64,000 bases of DNA from Octopus bimaculoides (GCF_001194135.2 NC_068994.1:57353194-57417193); one strand, 5' to 3'; counted from the first letter of the stretch, positions 1-13,259 are shown. Numbers and translations are program-made. Notes: a model not told the origin generated them from the letters alone.

Positions 1-407
1 TCACATTAACAGGTTTCAAGCACCGCAGGCGGCCGTGCACTTCACCACATCGTTCCACACAGCGTGTTTATTTGCAGATGCAAATAAAATTTAAATATCA
101 TACACGCTCTGTATCCCACAGCCTCTCACGTCCTCTTTTCTTTCCTTTTTTTTATATTTTTTGTTCCATATTCTTTCTCTTCTCTTTCTTTCCCATTATT
201 TACAACAATGCGTTTCGTTTCCTATAAATGCTTTATTGAAACAGTAGTTTCGAGTGATATCATCAGCATAAATGTTCGTCTATTTTAGTCGAACAACACG
301 AATCAACCTCAATGTTCAGCAAAGTGTGAATGGTTTTATTTTTAGTTTACAAATTATGATTATTTTAAAATCTTACTACTAAAATTCTATTTTAAAATTC
401 CTCACAG

Positions 408-487
408 ATGTACCAATTTTCCGATTTTCAATAGATCATGGACTGCGATTGGGTTACAATAATTCCTTTTTCGAAAAATTCAGAAGC
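408..487 (+). CDS. Candidate internal coding exon, unidentified gene (xDVPIFRFSIDHGLRLGYNNSFFEKFRS)
   Basis: Acceptor ttcctcacag|AT, donor AGC|gtatgt. 80 nt, one of three frames open. No homology recognised. Confidence 0.3.
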
Positions 488-774
488 GTATGTAAATTTT
501 GAGGCCTACAGAAGGATTATGAAAATCAGTTATGCATGTATTTCTTTTCAATAGGGGAAAAGGCCCCATATTTTCGCGACTTGTGCCAATAATAAGTGAT
601 TTCCATTCCCATATCAGACACACGATCTAAAGAGACTAACGGTACACAACGTCTCTATCAGTGAAGATTGGTTTAAAATTAATAAGTTTTAGCATAAACT
701 AAAGTGAATCGAACTTTATGCCACTTTTAATATTGATATTTAAACACACACCCTTAACCCCTTGTTTAAATAAC

Positions 775-946
775 CCTTTCTACTATAGGCACAAGGCCTG
801 AAATTTGGGTGAGGGGGATAATCGATTACATCGACCCCAGTATTCAACTGCTACTTAATTTCTCGACCCCGAAAGAATGAAAGGCAAAGTCGACCTCGGC
901 GGAATTTGAACTCACAGACGAAATATCGCTAAGCATTTCGTCCAGC
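775..946 (-). mobile_element. tRNA-derived SINE family A (octopus OK/OR-like), cut by N-gap
   Basis: Reverse complement of shared core gaggtcgactttgcctttcattctttcggggtcga...ctggggtcgatgtaatcga and tail ggccttgtgcctatagtagaaagg, seen in many copies in this window. Confidence 0.9.
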
Positions 947-1091
947 NNNNNNNNNNNNNNNNNNNNNNNNNNNNNNNNNNNNNNNNNNNNNNNNNNNNNN
1001 NNNNNNNNNNNNNNNNNNNNNNNNNNNNNNNNNNNNNNNNNNNNNNNNNNNNNNNNNNNNNNNNNNNNNNNNNNNNNNNNNNNNNNNNNNN
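947..1091. other. Assembly gap. Other N-gaps: 5963-6051, 7873-8187, 9614-9634, 27035-27868, 39661-39670, 58468-59163, 61406-61812
   Basis: Runs of N, mostly abutting microsatellites. Confidence 0.99.

Positions 1092-1148
<57 letters not shown>
1092..1148. repeat. (TG)n microsatellite
   Basis: Direct reading. Confidence 0.98.
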
Positions 1149-1151
<3 letters not shown>

Positions 1152-1277
1152 TGTCTTGATGTTTGAACGCTAATCAAAACTACGAGGTAACGATATCCAG
1201 ATTTATGGCGGAAATTGAATGGAATGTTCCGATATTGAATGGAATGTTCCGCTTGTATATTTTACTCTCGCAAAGTA

Positions 1278-1460
1278 TATTGGTTTCAGATTTTAGTACA
1301 AGGCCAGCAGCTTCGGGAGAAGGTGTAAGTCGATTCCATCGACGCTAGTGCTCAGCTAGTATTTATTTATCGACCCCGAAAGAATGAACAGCAAAGTCGA
1401 GCTGAGCGGGATTTGAAATCAAAACGTAAAAACAAACAAAACGCCGCCTTGCAAACGGTT
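1278..1460 (-). mobile_element. SINE family A, diverged, tail type ii
   Basis: atcgaccccgaaagaatgaacagcaaagtcgag core. Tail (rc) ggccttgtactaaaatctgaaaccaata. Confidence 0.8.
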
Positions 1461-1984
1461 CTTACCATCACTTAATGATATACTGTTTCTTGACAAAAAG
1501 AGGGAAGATGGTAAAAATGACATTCTAAGCTCCAATGGGATTATTTTCAGTTCGTGTCGAATTCTTTCATCTTTGGGAAAAATCAATGAAGTGACAGTCA
1601 AATATTGAAATCGATTACGCATTTATTGACATTTTTCATCTGCTGCATGATTGGCGCATCACACAGGTGAGCCGTTATCGTGTAAGCCCAAAAATAATTA
1701 CAAAAATCATCATCCAACCCTGACAATGACGTCGTTTTAGAAGCAATTTCATTCTACAGTGTGTACGATTCCTTCACAAATATGGAGAACGGAATGTAAT
1801 ATGAGATGTTGCTGTAATTATTATCAAGTACAGTGACAATATTTAGAGACTTACATTGGTTTATAAAGTTACATGACTGGTATGGGAATCGAAACTTCTA
1901 CGTTCGTGTTCTCAAACACACTGCTCTAAACATCTGAACAAACAGCCTTAGACATCATTGCGCATTATTTATAGACCGCTTTCA

Positions 1985-2180
1985 GCACGCCGAGCAAAAT
2001 GCTTGGCTGCATTTCGTCCGACTTTACGTTCTGAGTTCTAATTCTGCTGACGTTGACTTTGCTTTTCACCCCTTCCGGAGTCGAAAAAGTAAGTACCAGC
2101 TGAATTCTGGGGGTCGATGTAATCGACTTACCCCCTCCCCGAAATTGCTAGCCTTGTGCTAAACATTTGAAATCAATATT
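1985..2180 (+). mobile_element. SINE family A, tail type ii
   Basis: ttacgttctgagttctaattctgc...gggggtcgatgtaatcgacttaccccctccccgaaattgctagccttgtgc. Confidence 0.88.
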
Positions 2181-2192
2181 CATAGGCCATTT

Positions 2193-2345
2193 AAGGCGGT
2201 GAGATGGCAGAATCGTTAACACACCAGGCAATATGCTTAGCGGTATTTCGCCCGTCCTTCCTTTCTGAGTTCTAATTCCATCGAATCATCCGCTCGTTTG
2301 AATTTTTGAATTTCCTGGCTTTGTGCCAAATTTTGAGACCAATAT
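2193..2345 (+). mobile_element. SINE family A, internally deleted
   Basis: Head ggcggtgagatggcagaatcgttaacac...gcttagcggtatttcg, then tail ggctttgtgccaaattttgagaccaat. Confidence 0.8.
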
Positions 2346-2942
2346 TTATAGGCCACTTGCGTTTTTTTTATTTTATTCCCTCTGTGAACTAAGTGTGCAG
2401 AGCGATTCCTATTCTCGTTTGAAACTTTTTGCGTTTCTAATACCAGCGGCATTTCTTGTAGTGCGCATGAACACGATAATACTCCATTCTCTACAAGCGT
2501 TTCGTTATTCATGCTGGCATATAAGAGGTAAAAAGAAACATTTAAACAAAATTTATCGCGGTAGAATCCTGTAGAGGAGAAGGACGAAAAAGGTTTTAAA
2601 TGCAAGCAGTTATATTGTTTTGTTTTGCAACTTCCTAGTGAATGAGATTCAGTCGCCTTAGGGAAACTTCTAAATCACCAGACCAGATTTCATTGGAAAA
2701 TAAAAAATAAATTTCTCGATATTTTTCAATTTTGTCAGCCTTTGGCGCTGAAATCTCGCCTATCTTTTTCTTCGGTTAGCAAAGATATTTCTGTTTAAAA
2801 GTAAATGTTGATACTTCATTATTGTGTTTAAAATGCAAGATTCTAGATGTGAATTCATGTGTTGAAAGAAATCGTGTTGTATCTTGGGGGTGGGGTCATT
2901 CCTTCGATAATAGCAACACACGCACTGGTTCAATATCACCAA

Positions 2943-3069
2943 CTAAACGATCGTTTGCTTAATGTGCTGGTTAAACAATGAATCGGTTATTTTTGTGATC
3001 CTTTCTTCGCTATTCGCGACCTCTTCAATCACTTTTCCTTTCTCTTCAAAGTCTGCCCTGACATCTAGT
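2943..3069 (-). CDS. Candidate terminal coding exon, unidentified gene (xLDVRADFEEKGKVIEEVANSEERITKITDSLFNQHIKQTIV*)
   Basis: Acceptor ttcactttacag|A at 3070/3069. 41 sense codons then TAG, protein-like charged composition, other frames close early. Not in the ORF track because it lacks an ATG. Confidence 0.4.
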
Positions 3070-3519
3070 CTGTAAAGTGAATTTTTCTCGAACTCCCAAG
3101 TCTGGGGTTGTGAAGCGGTTTTCCTAACTAAGCGGTTATGACTACTATCAATTTAACGGCATTACGTTTCAATATGAGAATTATTATTATTTAATCACCA
3201 AAAGAGAAACTACAATGGTCTATGCAAACCTTCGAATTACTGGAAACACCAGCCAAACCTCTCTACTGATATGTAATGTTAAGATAGCAAAAGGGAGCCG
3301 AAGCTAGATCATACCCTAGATACAGCGCGTTCGCAGAAAAAAAGAGGGATTTCTCATGGCAAAGATTTTGGTTTATAAGTCTGCTAGATCAAGATTTACT
3401 AAGTAGGTTGTTAAATGCCAACAACATTAGTTGTTTAATAAGAATTTATGAGGATGGGCAAACTGAACCTTTGATTGATCTTTACCTGTGGTTCGATTGA
3501 TGAAGAAATTGCGCGTTAC

Positions 3520-3718
3520 ATTGATTTTTAATTTTGGCACAAGGTCAGCAATTACGGAGAAGGGGAATAACGATTAGATCGACCCCAGTACGCAAGTGGT
3601 ACCTATTTTATCGACACCAAAAGGATGAAAGGCAAAGATCGAACTCAAGATTTGAAAACAGACGAAAAGCCGATAAGTATTTTTCCTGGCGTGCTAACGA
3701 TTCTGCCAACTCACCTCC
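3520..3718 (-). mobile_element. SINE family A, tail type ii
   Basis: gatcgaccccagtacgcaagtggtacc...aaaggatgaaaggcaaag...cgtgctaacgattctgccaactcacc. Confidence 0.87.
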
Positions 3719-4852
3719 ATAGCTAAGTATATTAAATCGGGGCCCCATGTAGTCCTCTATATGCCTCACCTTCAGATTTGATGATTTAATATCAAGTAAG
3801 AAATGAATATTGGATAGAGTGTCACACAAGATTGGCACAAATGGCATAATGTTAGTTGATCGTAGTTAGTTTTCAACACACTATAATTACTTATTTGAGA
3901 ATCTAGAGGAGGTTTATTTAGTATTAAGAACGCTCGTCTCCAATTACTTTCCCTCGGCTCTACTTTTAAAAGATAAAAAATTGTAACTGCCCGCAGTCAG
4001 ATATGAAATGGAAGCCTTTCAAAAGGCACGAAGGCTTAAAATTTACTGAAAGCTACTCTACAGAAAGAAGAAATTGTAATTTAAAGTGAGATAAATTACA
4101 AACACACAACAGTGGATTTCGATCCCCGTTACAGCTCTGGTTGAACAGATTGAACTATATTCAATGGCGTTCCAAACTTGACCATCTTGTCTTTAATTCC
4201 TGATATTTGACATTTATATCCTGGATCACGTAAGTCAAAATTTTGTTCTTCCCCTTTTTGATAACCGTCTGGTGTGATTTGACACAAGTATGGCTGCTGT
4301 TTTTAGCAAATTGGCTAATTCCACCGAGGTTCTCTCGTTGGCTTCATTCTAATCTATATTTGCACTTTATTTATTTAATTAGCAGCAATTCAACTGTTTG
4401 AAAATTCTGATTAACATTTCTGAAGTAAAATTAACACATTCTTCATAAAATGACAAAATATATACAAATATATAAAGCATACAAGTAAAGGCAAATCAAA
4501 ATGGAATTTATGTTGTTTACCAGAATCAATTAGCGGAATTTGCTGTCTTTGAAGTTGCTAAAAGTGCACGTTGAAGTTGAGATTCAGAGTCCTTTTTTTT
4601 TTACACGTATATTTATCTATAGTACATTAACACTTAATGACGAAATGGATTGCAATTTAGGAACTAGGATCCATTTTCTTCAGTTCTTCATCGCTTCTTT
4701 CTCAAGACTAAGAGTAGCATTTATTTTATCTTATTTTATTTTATTTTATCATATTTTGTTTTATTTTATTTCATTTTCATTCAACGACCGAAAAAAAACA
4801 TCCATATTCGCTGAAACAACACTCTCATGACTTTTGCTTCTATCTAATAATA

Positions 4853-5066
4853 CTTTTCTACTCTAGACACAAGGTCCGAAATTTTGGGGGAAGGGACCAG
4901 TCGATTACATCGACCCCAGCACTCAACTGATACTTATTTTATCAACCCCGAAAGAATGAAAAGCAAAGTCGACCTCGGTGAAATCTGAACTCAGAACGTA
5001 AAGCCGGACGAAATGCCGCTAAGCATTTCGTCCGGCATGCTAACCATTCTGCCAGCTCGCCGCCTC
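4853..5066 (-). mobile_element. SINE family A, full length, tail type i
   Basis: Complete head-to-tail match: rc starts aggcggcgagctggcagaatggttagc and ends ccttgtgtctagagtagaaaag. Confidence 0.93.
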
Positions 5067-5206
5067 GGGACTAGTAATACTAATAAAATGGTAAATCTCT
5101 TCAGTAACTATCGATTATATGTTGCTTTCCAATCATCAATGGCCATTCGGTTTAATTTCTTGACGGCACAATTTGTGTCGTTGTTGTTATTGCTCGCTAA
5201 AGGTGA

Positions 5207-5495
5207 AAACGCGTGGTTTAATGGTTAAAGTATTCAGCTCATGATTGTAAGGTCATGAGTTCGATACGCGTTGGTGTCCTTCATCATGACACTTTATTTC
5301 ACGTTGCTCCAGTACAGTAAGCTGGCTAAGAATGAGGAGTACCTATATTTCAAAGGACCAGCCTTGTCGCATTCTTTGTCACGCTGAATTCCCCCTAAGA
5401 TCTACGTTAAAGGTACGCATGTCTGAGAAGTGCTGAACCACTAACATGTTAATTTCACGAACAGGCGCTTCCGTTGGTCGGATCAACCGGAACCC
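5207..5495 (+). mobile_element. tRNA-derived SINE family C
   Basis: tRNA-like head gtggtttaatggttaaag...gagttcgat, then ttcacgttgctccagt. Matches the inverted copy at 10768-10895. Confidence 0.8.
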
Positions 5496-7179
5496 GTGAC
5501 TGAGTCCCAGGTTAATAGGGTTAGAAATAGGTTTCCCCAGATAAATTGGGGCTGACCGTTATGATAGTAATATTCCACGATGATATACATATAGCAGGAA
5601 TACACAACTTTGATAGTATAAAATCTTACGAAATTTGAGGAGCATATTTAACCACTGTTACCAACTCGGTCACTACTACTACTACTACTACAGCCAACGA
5701 TTCAAGTCAAATCACGAGACAGCCATTATGTACCCACACAAAAAACACTTCCACGCGGACTATGTTGACACCAGTAAGAAACAATTATGAACTTTTCTTT
5801 TAATTACATTGTTTTTAAAAATATGTATTTTTGATAAGGTTCGTTTTTTTTCAAGAACCGAAACATGTTAAATATCTCTGAGAAAATTATAAATTAAAAT
5901 TTATTTTATATAGTGGCGTTTTCAAACCTCTTTTCTATAAACACACACACACACACATATATNNNNNNNNNNNNNNNNNNNNNNNNNNNNNNNNNNNNNN
6001 NNNNNNNNNNNNNNNNNNNNNNNNNNNNNNNNNNNNNNNNNNNNNNNNNNNATATATATATATATATATATATAGATATGTATGTATGTATGTATGTATA
6101 TATGTATGTATTATGTATGTACATAATATGTGGCTGCTAGGAGTCTTCTTATAAGTTCTTACATCTTCATTATGCATAAAATGCATTGTTCTGTATCTTC
6201 ACAAGTCTTATCTGTTCATCTCTTGTCAACATGGCTGCTAATAATTGTGCATAGTTTAAGAAGTACATAACACATGAACAATCGCTGGTGAAATGTATAT
6301 CCTTTGAGACGTCCTTCAGTTTACTTCACCAATTGAAGTCGGCCTCACATACCGAAGGAGCAATTTCTACATATTACATACATAATGTAAATGTTTCCTT
6401 CTCTATTGCATCATTTGCCGACATTTTGTCTATTCTGCGACGATATTTCAGTAATTCATAGCTTACTAATATTGTTCTTAAAACTTCAATTCATCTTTTG
6501 TTATTCAGCTCCTCGTTGATTAATCTAAAGATAACGTGTGTCACTTTATCGTGGCACAAATGATGTCTTTATCGCTTAAATGATATCATGAAAATTATTA
6601 ATCTATTTTTTTTTTTCATCCTCAAAGTAAGTCCTTTTCTATATCGAAATATTTCTACTGTTTTTTTTTTGCTTTTTTTTTTTTGCTTTTTTTCCCCTTA
6701 TTTTCTCTTTCCTTTCTCTACGTTGCGACAATATCGGAAATAGTGGCAATATGAAATTAGAACAATTGATTCATGATGTAAGTGAAAGTATGCGTGTGTA
6801 TACACTCGCAAACACACATAAATACGTATATAATTAAGCACACATATACATACTCAAGCTCACACGTACTTACGCAGATACACACTTCCATACAAATATA
6901 TGTTTCTGGAAACTTTATTGTGCCACATCAAAGAGTATTAAATTCTTTAAAGTTAGTGCTTATATATTTATTTCATGCTGCATTATAAAACTAACGAAAA
7001 TTAAACAATGCGGGGAAAAAACGTTACTCAACAGGGTTTATATCATATTATTATAATTACACTGTGTAATACGATTTTTGTCCTCGGGTAGCAGCTATCT
7101 GCTTACCGATAGCAATTATGAAAAATGGCTACTATTTCCTGGAAACTTTGCTTTTGTCACACTATTCAAATCCCGAAAG

Positions 7180-7335
7180 ATCCCTCTCAACGCATAGTTA
7201 TGATGCTCCTCCACTATTCCTGTTCAGGACCAGAGATGTACAAATTGTCAACCACTAAATAATATTGTTAAGTGGTTAAGGTCAAGCAACTGACAAGAAA
7301 ATCTGTGGTATTGATCAAAATATTTGCTATAACGA
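7180..7335. mobile_element. Interspersed repeat family D fragment
   Basis: 7185-7260 matches rc of 29245-29320. 7285-7330 matches 14165-14210. Confidence 0.75.
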
Positions 7336-7788
7336 TATTTCTGATTCAGCAACTCAGCGCTGGATCTGTCTAAAATGTAATGGAAAATTGGTCAGTTTTT
7401 AAAGACATCGATATCCAGGTCGCAAAAGCATAGTCTGAAGGGAATAGTTGTTATTGCTTTCGATTTCTAGATAGAAGCAAATATGAAACAACACTTACTG
7501 ACCAAAGACTAAGAAAAAAAATTTTTGTCACACAGTGTTTTTTAGGCAAGTGTTGTACATTGTTAGAAAATACTGACTGACATGCGGTTTCTTCCGAAGC
7601 CACGAATAAGGAACTAAAACAATTGCAGTGTGGATGAAATATTAACTTCTCAAGAACTCACGAAGACTTCTTAACTTTATTTAGACATGTATAATTTGGC
7701 ATGAACATTTTAATCGCGCCAACTGCAACCTGGTCACTCACATGATTCCGCTACATCTACTTTGCAAGATCATTGGTTCATTTACATG

Positions 7789-7872
<84 letters not shown>

Positions 7873-8277
7873 NNNNNNNNNNNNNNNNNNNNNNNNNNNN
7901 NNNNNNNNNNNNNNNNNNNNNNNNNNNNNNNNNNNNNNNNNNNNNNNNNNNNNNNNNNNNNNNNNNNNNNNNNNNNNNNNNNNNNNNNNNNNNNNNNNNN
8001 NNNNNNNNNNNNNNNNNNNNNNNNNNNNNNNNNNNNNNNNNNNNNNNNNNNNNNNNNNNNNNNNNNNNNNNNNNNNNNNNNNNNNNNNNNNNNNNNNNNN
8101 NNNNNNNNNNNNNNNNNNNNNNNNNNNNNNNNNNNNNNNNNNNNNNNNNNNNNNNNNNNNNNNNNNNNNNNNNNNNNNNNNNNNNNNCTTTGGCATTGTG
8201 TATCGTGCGCCAGAAGATTAATAACCTCATACAAGTTAGCCGAGAACTGGAAGAAGCAACAGTCCTGGCAGCAGCAG

Positions 8278-8278
8278 C

Positions 8279-8343
<65 letters not shown>

Positions 8344-8370
8344 CAGTAGTAGTAGCAGTAGTAGTAGCAG
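8278..8370. repeat. (TAG)n trinucleotide microsatellite
   Basis: Direct reading. Confidence 0.97.
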
Positions 8371-9239
8371 TCGGTAGTGGTAGCAAATATGCAAATGAGT
8401 AATTTGTTGTATTTAAATTAGCATTCGTTTCTTCATTTTGTATCAGCACCAGGAAATTTGACAAAGTTTAAATTATAATTCTTGTATGTCTGCCATATTC
8501 CCAGTTATTACTCATAATGTGAAGTTTCTTTTCCAAAGTGACCCTTCATAACACGGGGAACACTTTAGTCGGATAATAATAGATAAAACACAGCGAGTTC
8601 ATCACTGAAGTAACTTTATTCTGCGATATGTTCATTCCTGACCAAGGACTAAATACATCGTCATCGTTGTCATCACTATATTTAGCGTTACACACTAAGA
8701 TTTCAATTTAAGGGAATAGTTTCCAAATGATTACTGACTCCGCTTAACTTCATTCTCTTAATTTTGTTAGATTTAAATATGTTCGTGCTAAAGCAATTTT
8801 ATAAGCTTGGCTCCCAGAAATGTGATTACCTCCTCATGAATTTTAAATTTTGCTTTAAATTATTGCTTCTCTTTTCTCACGACCACCATTGCGTCAAATT
8901 TAATTATTTCGTATATAAGTTCACATTAACATATATAATAGAGCTATAGTTTAAAATATAACTAGAAAAAAATATGAAGTCAACAGACAAATGATAACAG
9001 ACAATGCCTAATATATTATTTGCTGATAACTCCGGGAGAAAACTCATGTCATGTTTCGGTTTTATTCTGAACTCATCTGTATTGCAGCAACATCCCTCGG
9101 GGAAGAAGCGTCTCGTGAGGTGATGTAATAAGAGGTATCTCGTTAAATGAAATCTGCTTCGCTCAGATTTAATACGGCATGTTTTTAGTTACCATAGCTT
9201 TAAGCTGTTGGGCAGGAATATATACTTTAAAAAGAAATG

Positions 9240-9330
9240 TGTACTGGTGTCCTTTCATTCGACTAAATATTCTTCAAGGCGATGCCCCAGCATAACCGCA
9301 GTCTAATGGCTGAAACAAACAGAAAATAAA
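9240..9330 (+). mobile_element. SINE family B 3' tail fragment
   Basis: ttcgactaaa...gatgccccagcataaccgcagtctaatggctgaaaca matches rc of 30590-30645. Confidence 0.7.
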
Positions 9331-10524
9331 ACATGTGTGTGTTTGTGTGTTTGCGCGCGCACTTTGAAAGAAATATGGGAGATTCTGCGCTCAGCACTAT
9401 TACCGTTATCTTTGCAGACACACAGCTGGCAAAGTTTTCTTTAACGTTTAATTATTTACCGAGCAGTTCATGAAAAAAGTACCCTCGGTTTAGATGCGTT
9501 TTTCTTACCTGTGTATCCATCCGTCTGTCTATTTATCTATCTATGTATATATTTATCTATCCCACATCGTCATTTTCCCTATATACACTAGATGTAAATG
9601 TATATATGCATATNNNNNNNNNNNNNNNNNNNNNATATATATATATTCACACATGTATACATACATGTGAGAGTGTGTACGTGCATGTGTGTGTATACAT
9701 TTCCACACAGATATATCTGTATATATGTGCATATGTGTGTGTTTGTAAGTATTTGTTTATATATGTTTGTGTATGCATTTAGATATATTTATACGTGAAT
9801 ATACATGAATACACGCATAGATGCATACATTAATATATACACAAACATACACACATATATGTATATATACATCCACTGTCACTGGATGCTAATTCCAATT
9901 CTACGAAGACAGTAATACCATGAGAGTTACATTTACCGCCATAGGAATCTATCAATTTGTACCGTTGCCAGAAAAGATATGTATGGATACATGGAATCTT
10001 GTGATTTATTTACGAAGTATTTTCCTTATATGCTAATATCTACGCATTTATTAACGAGTGCTCAGTCAATTAGGACACAACTAATTACTTTTTGCTGATA
10101 TCTTTTAATAAATACTCGTACTTCTCATTCACAGCAATTCATATACACTCTTCGAAATTAATTGCTTGTATTAATTGCAACCAAATCAATATATTCTTAA
10201 TACTTCACACTCATACATCCACTGGAATGGCGTTCTCTTTCTGTACAAAACAGAATAATACGAAAATGCTATGTCCAGATAATTGCTACTCGCATGGTAT
10301 TTATTATATTTGCACTCATGCAGACATTACAAATGTAATATTTCTTGCTGGTTTCTTTTAGAATATCAAGAATATTGATTTGATATGATAAAGAAATACC
10401 CCGAGCTGTTTCTTCTTACTCTTTCTTTTCTTTTTCTCAATCTATCTCTTCTTTATTCTTTCCGTCTTCCTGCTTGTCTCCGACTCTCTCTGCCACAGTT
10501 ATTTTCTTACCGTATGCGTATAAA

Positions 10525-10594
10525 TGTAGATAGATAGATAGACAGACAAACAGACAGAGAGACAGACCGATAGATCGACAGACAGACAGGTAGG

Positions 10595-10644
<50 letters not shown>

Positions 10645-10646
10645 TA
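10525..10646. repeat. (AGAC)n/(AGAT)n tetranucleotide tract
   Basis: Direct reading. Confidence 0.97.
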
Positions 10647-10767
10647 CATATGCATAAATAACTTTTCGTTTGTATGGATAATTTTACGAAGGTAGTTAAA
10701 TGATTCGAAAGTTCGCTTTGCAATCATAGCAGCTCAGGTTCTATCACAATGCGCGGCTATTTGCTCA

Positions 10768-10895
10768 AGCGTGGACTGGAGCAACGTGAAACGAAGTATT
10801 TTGCTCAAGAACACAATGCATCGCCCAGTCCAGGAATCGAAACCACACTCTTACGATCATGAGGTCAATACCGTAACTACTAAACTACGTGCCGT
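10768..10895 (-). mobile_element. SINE family C, 5' half
   Basis: gtggactggagcaacgtgaaacg...ccaggaatcgaaacc...cttacgatcatgag = rc of the family C head. Confidence 0.82.
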
Positions 10896-11299
10896 CACTT
10901 TGTAAATGCATTTAGAAGTTAATAATTTGTCTGGAAACAAGTCAAGCGAAGGTTCCTGTAATGCAAGCTGCCAATTTTCTCAGACAATATATCATTTCGA
11001 TTTTGTTCGATGATTAAATTCCTGATAGAAGTGGTAATATCTATTCCCGCTGAAACGTGGATGTTTTCTTAGAACAAACTTTAAAGTGGTAGATACCATA
11101 AGAGAAACTCTCACATAGGCTTCCGATGTAAAATGCACGCTTGTTTATATCGCTAGCAGGGAGATAAATCCCCATCAACTCAGGCGCCGAAACCACCAGG
11201 ACACGTGATTTCGACCTTCCTTGGTTTCATCAATGACAGATGCTCGTCGAGCTTGTTTAAAAGTATATATTAATGACAGAGGCAGTAGTAATAATCATA

Positions 11300-11419
11300 A
11301 AGCACGCCGGGCAAAATGCTTAGCGGTATTTAAGTACCAGTTGCGTACTGGGGTCGATCTAATAGACTAACCCCCTCCCCAAAACATTTCAGGTCTTGTG
11401 CCTAGAGTAGAAAAGATTA
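11300..11419 (+). mobile_element. SINE family A with central deletion, tail type i
   Basis: gcacgccgggcaaaatgcttagcggtattt joined directly to aagtaccagttgcgtactggggtcgat...ccttgtgcctagagtagaaaag-like tail. Confidence 0.88.
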
Positions 11420-11449
11420 ATACTTATAAAGGTTTTTACACCCAAAACC

Positions 11450-12130
11450 TATAAGCCTTATGTTAGCCTCAGCTGAGCACCTTATTTCCACTATTCTACA
11501 TAATTTTTCTTCTCTGGTCCGAATCACTGTCTAGGTTTACTTTTTATTGAGGTCCACAGAAACTTTTTCACCAGTACTCTTTCATATTAAGAGTACTTAT
11601 GTTCTCAACCACACTAGATTCTTATATCTTTGTTCTTGGGATTATCCTTCCGACAAATCTCATTATTCAGTGTCTTGGTTTCAACATCATGTCCCATACT
11701 TAGATAATAATGCGATGACATTTTCAGACAATTGCTTTAGATGTGGGCTATACTTTCGGTTCTAACAAGGTCAGCATCCGTTATTATATTTCGATGTTTT
11801 TTCTGTGTCTCGGGAATTTCATTATTATTTTATCTTGGATTGCAAACCAATACACTTCAAAGTGAGAGTTAGTGATCCGGTTGTTGGTCACTACAGACTG
11901 TTTTGATTATCTAAGCTGCTGTAATCCTGGCGCTTTCTTCTAACGCATCCAAGCGTGGTGTTCTGTTGATATACATCCATCCCTTCATCCGTTGTGTTGC
12001 GGTCGTGCAACTTCTTAAGTGTTGTATTTGAGTTTATCAGACAGGGAAACTGCTTTGCAAGTGTCATGCTCTGTCTCATATATGCAAACTTGCTCAATGG
12101 TTGCACTTCAACACTTCGTGGTGAAAAGAT
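11450..12130 (-). pseudogene. Highly decayed LINE (probably RTE) RT C-terminal remnant
   Basis: Broken frames give MYINRTPRLDALEE and LSMGHDVETKTLNNEICRK, weakly resembling RTE post-RT motifs. Many stops. Confidence 0.4.
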
Positions 12131-12197
12131 GTTGCCGCAGGGGTATGATGTGACATATCTATGTATATTTATATACTCTTTTAGTCTTTCTTTTAGT

Positions 12198-12240
<43 letters not shown>

Positions 12241-12889
12241 AACGACGGGCAAAACAGAACTCAAATTAGCGACAGATGAATATTATTTACTATAAACTAG
12301 TTATTCATGAGCTACTTCAAGTTTCATGTTCAAAGATTGCATTAAACGAAACGGCTTCTAGAACTGTGCAGAATTCGGCAATGCATTTATCATGGTGTGC
12401 ACCTTATGTTATACAAGCCATTCTGATTATAGTAGCTAAGCCCACACACACAAATATATATACGCATGTATATTTACATTTTTTATAAATATATATATAA
12501 TTATGTGTATGTATATGCATATGCATGTATATATATTATATATATATACATGTATAATGAATATATATTTATATATATACATTTACACTTACACACGTGT
12601 GTATTTAGTGAAAGAAACACGTATGCAAATAGCGTGTGCAGTCTAACGAAGTTGGTGTAATGAATTTAAACAAAACAGTGAAATTAACTTAATTAAAATA
12701 GCTCCTATTTTTTTGTATATATTCACTTTCCAATACACAGACTAAATATAATGAAATTACAGAATTATTTATAACATAATTCCTAAACATCTTGCTTGCT
12801 TCTAATATAATTATACTTTCTAAGTTCTTGATAATATATTAACGATATATAGACTCTATGTTCCTATATATGTCTGTGGGAGCATTATG

Positions 12890-12940
<51 letters not shown>

Positions 12941-13099
12941 ATATGTGTATGCATATATATTTTCGGGTTATGTATCTGTATGTAATATGTGTGTGGGTAA
13001 TTGAAAAGTTCTTTGTTTGCTTGTCGAAATTGTCATTTTATGTGCAGGTGATAGAGTTTGTGTACGGGAATTACTCACTCACACAAACACACAAACACA

Positions 13100-13259
<160 letters not shown>

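Noticed and set aside
6140-6560. Decayed coding-like sequence on the minus strand
   Set aside because: Probably a transposon remnant, but I could not match any diagnostic motif.
7738-8464. Six 150-228 aa ORFs in the ORF track
   Set aside because: They span an N-gap and CA/TA/TAG microsatellites. The same applies to 26973-27908, 58285-59282 and 61382-62053.
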